A stretch of DNA of 25,498 nt from Pseudomonadota bacterium (GTDB taxonomy: Bacteria; UBA10199; 2-02-FULL-44-16; JAAZCA01). Each line of letters opens with the position of its first letter. The first letter of the stretch is position 1. The notes below the pieces were generated by a model that ran no database searches, was not told the origin of the DNA, and saw only the letters and a list, made by a program, of their open reading frames with translations. This document shows, piece by piece, positions 8,635 to 16,358 of the stretch. Location of the stretch: the NCBI GenBank assembly GCA_043798915.1, contig JAZDOG010000080.1:1-25498 (forward strand), written 5' to 3'. The translations under genes and the position numbers were made by a program.

Positions 8635-9030
8635 CTATTCTCTCGGCAGTTTTTCGTAGAACCACCTGCGGTTGATGATGAGGCAGGGGAGGCACAGGAG
8701 CGACAGGAGGATTCCGAAGAGTTCCTGATGGAAGATCGAGTGGAAGAGCAGAAGCGCCATCGCCATCCCCCCGAACATCCTGGCGATGAGCCGCCTTCTC
8801 ACCAGCGCGATAAAAGCGGCAACGAGGATGGCCCATGTTGCGGCCCCATCCATGACCGGGAGCCTCGCGCGGCCGGATGCGTCGAGCAGAATAAGGAGTT
8901 TCCCTGAAAAGATGATCGCTGCATAGAGCAGGGCGCCCCAGGCAAACACAATTCCTGCGGGCCTTCCGAAGGCCTTCATGCGGGCAAGCGATGCCGCTGC
9001 ATCGAGAATGCTGTCGATAGGGTTGTTCAT
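8635..9030 (-). CDS. Hypothetical integral membrane protein
   Basis: About four hydrophobic segments; start uncertain (9030-9060). Confidence 0.55.
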   Translation of the reverse strand: MNNPIDSILDAAASLARMKAFGRPAGIVFAWGALLYAAIIFSGKLLILLDASGRARLPVMDGAATWAILVAAFIALVRRRLIARMFGGMAMALLLFHSIFHQELFGILLSLLCLPCLIINRRWFYEKLPRE

Positions 9031-9146
9031 CGGAGGCATAATATCGAGGCTGGCGGGCAAGACAACAGATTTTTGCGGGCCCGCGAACCATTGACAGGGA
9101 GCCGCCGGTGTGAATTATGGGCCAAACATCAAGATGTGGAGGATAT

Positions 9147-9632
9147 ATGCCGTCATTCGACATAGTATCGAAAATCGACCTCCAGGAGGTCGACAACGCG
9201 GTGAACCAGGCGCGCAAGGAAATCGCCACGCGCTACGATTTTCGCGGGAGCAAGAGCAAGATCGACTGGGACAAGGAGAAGATCGGGCTCGTCGCGGACG
9301 ACGATTTCAAGATGAGGGCGCTCATCGACATCGTCAAGGAGAAGGCGGTTCGCCGCGGCGTGGATGCGCGGGCCCTCGATATCGGCAAGGCGGAGGATGC
9401 CGGCGGCGGGTTCATGAAGTGCGAGATCAAGCTCAAACAGGGCGTTGCTGTGGAGAAGGCGCGCGAGATGGTGAAGGCGCTCAAGGACAGCAAGATCAAG
9501 GTCCAGGCGCAGATTCAGGATGAGCAGGTGCGCGTCTCCGGCAAGAAGAGGGACGACCTCCAGCAGGCGATCGCGCTCATCAAGGCAAAGGGATACGACA
9601 TCCCGGTGCAGTTCACGAATTTTAGAGAATGA
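9147..9632 (+). CDS. yajQ: YajQ family nucleotide / cyclic-di-GMP-binding protein
   Basis: MPSFDIVS...EVDNAVNQARKEI.TRYDFRGS and KVQAQIQDEQVRVSGKKRDDLQ...QFTNFRE; GGAGGA RBS before ATG 9147. Confidence 0.95.
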   Translation: MPSFDIVSKIDLQEVDNAVNQARKEIATRYDFRGSKSKIDWDKEKIGLVADDDFKMRALIDIVKEKAVRRGVDARALDIGKAEDAGGGFMKCEIKLKQGVAVEKAREMVKALKDSKIKVQAQIQDEQVRVSGKKRDDLQQAIALIKAKGYDIPVQFTNFRE

Positions 9633-9641
9633 GGCAGGGAG

Positions 9642-9893
9642 ATGAAGGCCTGGTGGGTCTATCTCGTCCGCTGCAGCGATGGGACGTTATACTGCGGAAC
9701 CACGAACGATCTGAAGGCCCGCATCGCAGCCCATAATTCGGGAAGGGGCGCGAAGTACACCCGCGGCCGCGCGCCCGTCTCGCTCGTGTTCAAGAAGCGC
9801 TGCGCCTCCAGATCCGGGGCGCAGAGGGAGGAGTGCCGGATCAAGCGCCTCCCGCGCAGCGAAAAACTGAAGGATATTTGCGATGTCCGTTAA
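9642..9893 (+). CDS. Small GIY-YIG nuclease (UPF0213, YhbQ/YazA family)
   Basis: VYLVRCSDGTLYCGTTNDL..RI..HNSGRGAKYTRGR motif. Confidence 0.9.
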   Translation: MKAWWVYLVRCSDGTLYCGTTNDLKARIAAHNSGRGAKYTRGRAPVSLVFKKRCASRSGAQREECRIKRLPRSEKLKDICDVR

Positions 9894-10776
9894 GAATTAC
9901 AGGCGCATGCACAACGAGGAGCTGATCGACATGCTCTTCACCGAGGAGGATCGCCTCCCGCGCGCCGCGGCCGACGAGATCATCCGCCGCGGCCAGGAGA
10001 TGGTCACCACCTTGGCCGAGATAGCCATGGACCGTCTCGTCTGGGCCGCCGAGGTCCCGGACTGGTGGGCCCCCGTGCATGCGACCTATCTCCTCGGATC
10101 GATCGGCGGTTCCGGCGCCATCACGCCCCTGATGGCTGCGCTCCGATGGTCGGACGCATACGACAACGAATGGGTCACCGAGGATCTGCCGTCTATGCTC
10201 GGCTCTCTGGGCGAGTTGTCATGGCCCCATATTGTTTCAGCAGCCAAAGAGGGGGCCGCTGGCTGGTCCGCCCGCTCGATCGCCATGGATGCGATGGGCT
10301 CCCAGTCGCTGCGCTTCCCGGCCCGCGAGGAGGAGGCGATGGGGCTTTTGGGTTCGATCCTCAAGGATTTGAGCGAGGAGCACGGCGCGAGGCGCAGCGC
10401 CGCCTTCGTCCTGCTTGACTTTCGCCGCGCCGATTTCCGGCGCGAGCTCATCTCCTTCGCAAAGGAAGAGGGCGACAGGCAGAAGCAGTATCCCGAATAC
10501 CGCGCGGCGTTCACGGCCGAGGACGTCGAGCAGGACCTCGCATCGCCGCGAATCGGCATGGACATCTACATAAGGGATTGGCTGGAGTTCTACGATCCGT
10601 CGGAGATAAGAAAGCGGCAGGAGCGGTGGGCCGGCGAAGACGGTCGCTCCCGCCCCGGAGAGGGGCCTCAGGTTTCGCGCATCGGCCGGCAGGCCTCGGT
10701 CATCGCGCTCGATGATCCATGCCCGTGCGGGAGCGGCAGGAGCTACAAGCGCTGCTGCCTGAGAAAGCTCCATTAA
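9883..10776 (+). CDS. DUF1186-like helical-repeat protein with C-terminal SEC-C zinc motif
   Basis: LPRAA..EII and HATYLLG motifs; ends DDPCPCGSGRSYKRCC. Confidence 0.8.
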   Translation: MSVKNYRRMHNEELIDMLFTEEDRLPRAAADEIIRRGQEMVTTLAEIAMDRLVWAAEVPDWWAPVHATYLLGSIGGSGAITPLMAALRWSDAYDNEWVTEDLPSMLGSLGELSWPHIVSAAKEGAAGWSARSIAMDAMGSQSLRFPAREEEAMGLLGSILKDLSEEHGARRSAAFVLLDFRRADFRRELISFAKEEGDRQKQYPEYRAAFTAEDVEQDLASPRIGMDIYIRDWLEFYDPSEIRKRQERWAGEDGRSRPGEGPQVSRIGRQASVIALDDPCPCGSGRSYKRCCLRKLH

Positions 10777-10876
10777 ATCTGCATCAGCAAAAGGTTGTCA
10801 GGAGTTTCAAACCCTGCTATAAAAGGCAATCGGTTGTCGTCTACAGTCGGCAGAATGAAACCATCAGGGGGGATTT

Positions 10877-11251
10877 ATGGATGCCCAGAAAAGGCCGGGT
10901 TGGGAGTTGTTGATCGTTGTGATTGTGTTCGTGGTGGCGGGAGTGCTGCTGGGGATGGGGTACAAACAGCAGGGGAAGCTCGAAAAGGAGAGGGCCCTTC
11001 ACTATCAGCTGCAGGTGCTGCGCACGGCCGAGCTTCTCTATGAGTCGGTCAACAAGGCGAAGCCCGAAAGCCTCACGCAGCTCTCCGAGGGAAGGTTCCA
11101 GGCGGAAGCCGATGGCCCGAAGCACCTTTACATCGATCCTCCGCCGGTGCTTATTGGCGGCAAGGCGGTCGATCCATTTGGCAATCCGTACGCCTATGAT
11201 GCCAGGACAGGCCGCATAAAGAGCACCACGCAAGGATTCGGTTCCTGGTAA
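10877..11251 (+). CDS. Pilin/pseudopilin (GspG)-like small protein with atypical prepilin site
   Basis: N-terminal hydrophobic helix ELLIVVIVFVV; helix then P.SL.QL; DPFGNPYAY resembles GspG DPWGNPY.Y. Confidence 0.55.
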   Translation: MDAQKRPGWELLIVVIVFVVAGVLLGMGYKQQGKLEKERALHYQLQVLRTAELLYESVNKAKPESLTQLSEGRFQAEADGPKHLYIDPPPVLIGGKAVDPFGNPYAYDARTGRIKSTTQGFGSW

Positions 11252-11275
11252 CGCCCGCAGAACCTTGAAACAAGG

Positions 11276-11302
11276 GGGCCACCCGTCGCGGTGGCCCTTT
11301 TT
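11276..11302 (+). terminator. Intrinsic terminator
   Basis: GGGCCACC-cgtcgc-GGTGGCCC followed by TTTTT. Confidence 0.75.
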
Positions 11303-11373
11303 ATTGCCTCTTGCATGTCGCCGGGTCTCGGGCTATAAAGAATCGGCTCTGTCGCAATTGGGCAATATTGTAT

Positions 11374-11504
11374 ATTTATCAAACAGTTCCTTTGCTTCGC
11401 AAACAACCGTGTCTTTTGGCTGAGATATTTCACTCTTACAAAAATTGAATAAAAACTGAAAAAAGTCGAAAAAAGGGCACAACTTTTTTCGGAATCAGAC
11501 GATA
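11374..11504 (+). promoter_or_regulatory. Conserved upstream element, copy 1 (putative alternative-sigma promoter/regulatory region)
   Basis: Aligns by eye with copies at 15431 and 16194; core GGGCACAACTTTTTT-N8-GACGATA at 11475-11504. Confidence 0.75.
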
Positions 11505-11567
11505 CAGACACCAGAGGGGTGAATGTATTTTTATCTGGAGTGATCGAGGAAGGATAAGGAGGATAAA

Positions 11568-12302
11568 ATGTATTCAGGTGGAGGCGGCATAGGAATGTTG
11601 ACGGAGGATTTATGCAAGCAAAACGAAATTTGGAACAAGGAATGCCAGGACCAATTCCAAATTTTTGTAGACGCAGTTAAATTTGGATGTTCAAAAAATT
11701 TCTCAGAAGCTGCCTTTCAATCGGACTGCGTTACAGAGCATCTGTCGTTCGATCTGAACAGCAAATTTGGCGAGGAATTTTTTAAGGACACCGAAGTCAC
11801 GGAAAAAATGTGGAACCGGTTTAAAAATCTGGCTCTGGGGATCCCATGGGAAAAAACATTATCTATTTCCCCCTCTGCGCCCATCCCCGCTGCTCAACCT
11901 CCAGCAGAACCGAAAAAAATAATTCCGCCATTGGGCAAATGGAGCACTCGTCAGAAGGTGGGACTGGGCGTTGGAATCGCCGGGCTGGCCCTCATCATAG
12001 GCGGCGGCGTGTGCCTGGGCATCGGACAGACGAGATACGACGAGGCCAGGTCATTGGCGAACACGGCCGGGACTTCACCAAATTACGACGAGGCCATTCA
12101 AGCCTATCGAGCCTTCCCTGGCACCTACGATCAGGCAAAGGATCTTGCAACTGCGGGATGGGCCCTGGCTGGAGTGGGGGTCGCCGCTGCGGTTGCGGGA
12201 ATCGCCCTCGTGGTGTCCGGCAGGCGCATGCAAAGTGAAAAAACAGTCTGGCTGATAACACCATTCGCATCAGGCGGCGCTGCGGTCTACGGCACTTTTT
12301 GA
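11568..12302 (+). CDS. Cys-patterned N-terminal domain + Pro linker + two Gly-rich hydrophobic helices + Phe-terminated tail (family A, copy 1)
   Basis: AAGGAGG RBS; no signal peptide; C-terminal architecture shared with 16359..17375 (TAGWA; W..P..GG...G.F). Confidence 0.75.
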   Translation: MYSGGGGIGMLTEDLCKQNEIWNKECQDQFQIFVDAVKFGCSKNFSEAAFQSDCVTEHLSFDLNSKFGEEFFKDTEVTEKMWNRFKNLALGIPWEKTLSISPSAPIPAAQPPAEPKKIIPPLGKWSTRQKVGLGVGIAGLALIIGGGVCLGIGQTRYDEARSLANTAGTSPNYDEAIQAYRAFPGTYDQAKDLATAGWALAGVGVAAAVAGIALVVSGRRMQSEKTVWLITPFASGGAAVYGTF

Positions 12303-12326
12303 TCAGTAAACAGGAGGAGAATCACC

Positions 12327-13463
12327 ATGATCTACGCAATTGCGGCTGTGGTTGTTTTCGCGGCAAGTTGTGTGTGGGATGAAATTTCTAAACCGCCCGA
12401 ACCCCAATCCCCGCCCGACGCAAAAAAACCGGACGGCGCCGGGCAGGACGAGTGGATAATGGAAGATATGACCATCCTCGATCTGGCCGAGTCCGATCTG
12501 GCCGAGTCCGATCTGGTCATGTCCAAGATGGACATGTCCAAGATGGACATGAGCGGTGTGGACGAGTTTGTGCAACCGGCTGACATGACCATGCCGTCCG
12601 GCGATGTGTTTGTTCCGCCAGGTGATATGACCAAACCGCCACAAGGCGACATTCCGCCCGGCGATATGACAATGCCGGGTGACATGTCCCAGATGCCGCC
12701 GCCGGATCTGTCGTCCAAGGCAGACATGACGCAGTATGTGGACATGACCCCCGTGCCGCCGGATATGACTCCAGCCCCTCCTGACATGTCGATTCCCATC
12801 CCTGATAAAGCGCACTGCTGGACGATGAACAACGTGACAGGTTCGACATCCCCCGATGAATGCGGGACGGGCCAGAATAAAATCGATTCGTACCTGAAGG
12901 GCTCTGTTGCTCCAACCGTAGTCGCCGGCAAAGTTGGAAGCGCCCTGGAGTTCAAGGCGTCCTCACGACAATTCACGTGGCTGAACGGCACCGGCGTCCC
13001 GGATATAAGCACCGGGGCCTTCTCCTTTTCCCTGTGGTTCTATGTAAAGGCCCTTCCGGGAGCGGGCAAATACAGCGGGATATTTGCCCAGAACCAGCTC
13101 GGGGTAGAAAATTTTACCCTGAAGGTTCTGGATACCGGTGAAGTGGAGTTCTCGGGCCCGCTCTGTTCACAGGCGCCGCAGAAGTCATCCTCTTTAGGCC
13201 TCAATGCATGGCACAGTGCGATCGTCGTGAGGGCTCAGGGCGGGTCCACAAGGCTTTATGTAAACGGTTCTGAGACGGCAGCTCCCGGGACATGCGCGGG
13301 TTCCCTGTCCGCCACGACTGACCTCGCCACGGGGAGTGATTATCCGGGGTCGTCTGCGGGGTATAATTACTTCACAGGCATCATCGATGAGGTGAAGATG
13401 TGGCCGGCGGCGCTTTCACCGGCGCAGGTGGGCCAGGTTTATATGAACCCTGACAAATATTAA
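12327..13463 (+). CDS. Lipoprotein with Asp-Met/Leu repeat stalk and LamG-like jellyroll (Laminin_G_3) domain
   Basis: AGGAGGAG RBS; lipobox FAAS-C; many DM/DL(S/T) repeats; GKVGSALEF, FSFSLWF, WHSAIV, FTGIIDEVKMW motifs. Confidence 0.8.
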   Translation: MIYAIAAVVVFAASCVWDEISKPPEPQSPPDAKKPDGAGQDEWIMEDMTILDLAESDLAESDLVMSKMDMSKMDMSGVDEFVQPADMTMPSGDVFVPPGDMTKPPQGDIPPGDMTMPGDMSQMPPPDLSSKADMTQYVDMTPVPPDMTPAPPDMSIPIPDKAHCWTMNNVTGSTSPDECGTGQNKIDSYLKGSVAPTVVAGKVGSALEFKASSRQFTWLNGTGVPDISTGAFSFSLWFYVKALPGAGKYSGIFAQNQLGVENFTLKVLDTGEVEFSGPLCSQAPQKSSSLGLNAWHSAIVVRAQGGSTRLYVNGSETAAPGTCAGSLSATTDLATGSDYPGSSAGYNYFTGIIDEVKMWPAALSPAQVGQVYMNPDKY

Positions 13464-13476
13464 GCCAGGTCCATAA

Positions 13477-15285
13477 TTAGAAGTTGATGAGGGTCGGTTG
13501 TTTTTCCTCTATCTGCGTCCCGTCACCCAGTTCTCCGCTGCCGTTTGCCCCCCAGCAATAGAAGGCGTTGCCCTGGCTCTTTATCGCGCAGCTCTGATCT
13601 CCTCCGACGACGATGCTCGCCCATCCGCTGGGATCGGTCGGCGCGGTGGGGGATGCCTGCTGCGTCGTTGCGTTGTCTCCCAGCCTTCCGTTCGTATCGT
13701 TTCCCCAGCAGTAGATGGAGCCGTCGGTCTTTATTCCGCAGGTGTGGACATTCTTCGCCGCAATCTTGCTCCATCCGGAAGCCACGGAGAGCGCCGTGGG
13801 CGAGGTCTTCTGGTCGGTGGTTCCGTTTCCAAGGCGGCCGTTGGTGCCAGCCCCCCAGCAATAGCCGTTTCCGTTCGACTTCACGGCGCAGGTGTAACTG
13901 GAACCGGCGCTCACGTGCGCCCAATCGGAATCCGTGCCGACACGCTGCGGCGTGGTGACGCTGCCGCCGAGGGCTGGATCGCCGCATTGCCCTGAGCTGT
14001 TGTCGCCCCAGCAATACAGCGCGCCGTTTGTCCTGATAGCGCAGGTATGATTCTCACCAGAGCTCACGATCACCCACGTGGTTTCAGCGCCGATCTGGAT
14101 GGGCGTGTTCTGTGGATTGCTCCCGCCGCCGAGCTGGTTATTTGTATTGTCGCCCCAGCAAAGGAGGGTCCCGTCTGTCTTGATGCCGCAGGTGTGCTGG
14201 TAGCCGGTCGAAACGAACGAATAGCCGCTGCCCGTAAGCACGGGGGTATCGTTTTCATTTGGCGCGTCCGTGCCCAGTTCACCGTCCGCGTTATATCCCC
14301 AGCAATAGAGGTCGCCGTTCGTCCTGATGGCGCAGGCATGCGCGTCGCCGGCAGACACGCTCGACCAGCTGGCGCCGGTGACCAGGCGCGGGGTCTTCTG
14401 CGGCGTCACCGTATCCCCCCTGCCCACCTGGCCGACGTCGTTTTTGCCCCAGCAATACAGCGTGCCGTCGGATTTGATCCCGCAGGTGAACACCGTTCCG
14501 CCGGTTACCTTTGAAGCGTCCGCCGTGACTCCCGTCGTCGTGAACGTCCAGGTGTAGTTGCTGGAGAATATGGCGTAGCCGTTTGAATCCTTGATCCCGG
14601 TCTTGAGCGCGGCAGTGTAGGTTGTGAGATAGCCGAGCACGCTTGTCGGCGTGAATGTGAGCGTCTTTGTCGCGGAGCTGTATGAGGTCGTCCCGGCTAT
14701 TGCCGTGCCGTTCCCGTCGGCCAGGGTCATATTTCCGTCGAACGAGGATTCCGTCATTGCAGAGGAGAAGACCACGCTCACTGTCGTATTCAGGGCGACT
14801 GCCGTGGCGCTGAGGGCCGGCGACACTGACGCGGGATCTGCTGCGCCGGTGGTTAAGCTCCAGGCATGATTGGCGGAGAGGGCCGTGCCGCCCGCATCCT
14901 TCACGCCTGTCGTGATCGTCGCCGTGTGCACGGTGTTTGTCGCTAACACATTTTGTGGTGTGAATGTGGCGGCGTGCGTGGAGGAGTCGTACGACACCGC
15001 CCCCGTCACAGAGGTCCCGTTGGCGTCGGCAAGAGTGAATGTGCTCGTCGTGAGGGTTGTCTCATCGGCCGCTGCTGAAAACGTGGCCGTCACGGCGCCG
15101 CCCACAGGGACCGCAGTGGCATCCGACGCCGGAGAGGTCGATGAGACGGAGAAGGTCGAAGAGGTGCTGCCGCTGGAGGAGCCGCCGCTGCTGCCTCCGC
15201 CTCCGCCGCAGGAGGGCAAAAGAGCCAAGCTCAAAACCAGGCCCAACAGAGCAAACAGCGCAAGCGTCTTTTCGAAGAACCTCAT
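13477..15285 (-). CDS. Lipoprotein with two Ig-like (Big_5/SbsA-type) domains and a 7-bladed RCC1 beta-propeller
   Basis: Start placed at ATG 15285 with GGAGGT RBS; lipobox LLPS-C + Gly/Ser linker; TFTP...L...T.YT Ig motifs twice; seven C-W-G RCC1 repeats. Confidence 0.88.
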   Translation of the reverse strand: MRFFEKTLALFALLGLVLSLALLPSCGGGGGSSGGSSSGSTSSTFSVSSTSPASDATAVPVGGAVTATFSAAADETTLTTSTFTLADANGTSVTGAVSYDSSTHAATFTPQNVLATNTVHTATITTGVKDAGGTALSANHAWSLTTGAADPASVSPALSATAVALNTTVSVVFSSAMTESSFDGNMTLADGNGTAIAGTTSYSSATKTLTFTPTSVLGYLTTYTAALKTGIKDSNGYAIFSSNYTWTFTTTGVTADASKVTGGTVFTCGIKSDGTLYCWGKNDVGQVGRGDTVTPQKTPRLVTGASWSSVSAGDAHACAIRTNGDLYCWGYNADGELGTDAPNENDTPVLTGSGYSFVSTGYQHTCGIKTDGTLLCWGDNTNNQLGGGSNPQNTPIQIGAETTWVIVSSGENHTCAIRTNGALYCWGDNSSGQCGDPALGGSVTTPQRVGTDSDWAHVSAGSSYTCAVKSNGNGYCWGAGTNGRLGNGTTDQKTSPTALSVASGWSKIAAKNVHTCGIKTDGSIYCWGNDTNGRLGDNATTQQASPTAPTDPSGWASIVVGGDQSCAIKSQGNAFYCWGANGSGELGDGTQIEEKQPTLINF

Positions 15286-15430
15286 CGCAAACCTCCCTGG
15301 TTGATGTGCCAGGACTCCTAGCATAATGCATAGAGGTAGTAAAGGGCGCTGTGGCAGGCAGGACATATGTTTACGGACTTCTTCACGTTGCGGCGTTTCT
15401 TCAGTGTTCGTATAGCTGATAAACCTCTCT

Positions 15431-15551
15431 ATTTATCAAGCAGTTCCTTCAAAAATCGAATAAAACCCGGATAAACCAAAAAAAGGGCACAACTTTTTTG
15501 AGGATCGGACGATAATAATATAGCAAAGGCGTAAAGGTTTCGGAGGGATGT
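15431..15551 (+). promoter_or_regulatory. Conserved upstream element, copy 2 (46-bp internal deletion)
   Basis: TTATCAA.CAGTTCCTT joined directly to CAAAAAT.GAATAAAA; core at 15485-15514. Confidence 0.75.
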
Positions 15552-16106
15552 ATGGGAAAGATCGAGAAATATATCAGGCTGCAGCTGTGCCGCAACGAGA
15601 CAAAGGCAGAGGACGATTCATCCTCCGTTGTGGCAGATGACGTGGCAAACGACGTCACATGTGTAAAATTTTTCAGACAATTTCGTGCCTACATCAGGGA
15701 GAACTGCAAGAAATTCGAAACTGCGCAAAACGAAAAGAAAACATTCGACGATGAAGATCAGAGGAAAATGCATTTGGATGAGAATATCGCCCAGTGTGTC
15801 CGCGACGCCTTTGTCAGCGGTGACTCGGAGGAGAGCAAGACAAAATGGGAAAATTTATTGGACAGCATGCTGGGTAAGAACACACAATTATATTGTGCCA
15901 CCAGGGTTTTAAGGAACTTGTCCATGCAGGAAGTTCCAAATTGGCAAAGGGAAGCGGGAAAGGTGGCAAAGAGCGAGCCCGCATGTGAAAAGCTTTTGCC
16001 AAGGCAGAAAAAAAGCAAACATCCTGTTGAGAACACCCCTGTCCCTGCAGGCGCGCCCGCCCCGGACAGGGCGACAACGCCGGACAAACCACCCAGGCGC
16101 CGGTAG
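15552..16106 (+). CDS. Family A copy 2: Cys-patterned domain only, no membrane hairpin
   Basis: Close paralog of the N-terminal half of 16359..17375 (MGKIE.YIRLQLCR; TCVKFF.QFR.YIRENC; KWENLL; QLYCA.RVLRNLSMQ); ends in a Pro-rich tail. Confidence 0.75.
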   Translation: MGKIEKYIRLQLCRNETKAEDDSSSVVADDVANDVTCVKFFRQFRAYIRENCKKFETAQNEKKTFDDEDQRKMHLDENIAQCVRDAFVSGDSEESKTKWENLLDSMLGKNTQLYCATRVLRNLSMQEVPNWQREAGKVAKSEPACEKLLPRQKKSKHPVENTPVPAGAPAPDRATTPDKPPRRR

Positions 16107-16193
16107 CGGAGAGGGGTTTTTGCTCCTTGCGCGGTTCCATGCCTTGGGCTATTTAAGATGTCATCGCTCTCATAGCTGAGAAATATCAGCTGG

Positions 16194-16358
16194 TTATCAA
16201 TCAGTTCCCTTGTTTTGCAAACAACCGTGTTTTTTGGCTTAGATATTTCACTTTTACAAAAATTGAATAAAAACCGAAAAAACTGAAAAAAGGGCACAAC
16301 TTTTTTTGGAGGCGGACGATAACAATACAGCAAAGGCGCAAAGATTCAGGAGAGGTGT
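16194..16358 (+). promoter_or_regulatory. Conserved upstream element, copy 3
   Basis: Full-length like copy 1; core at 16292-16321; leader down to the ATG similar to copy 2. Confidence 0.75.

Noticed and set aside
9642..9893. GIY-YIG gene as homing endonuclease or mobile element
   Set aside because: It is the short stand-alone UPF0213 type in a housekeeping operon with yajQ, with no intron or DNA-binding extension.
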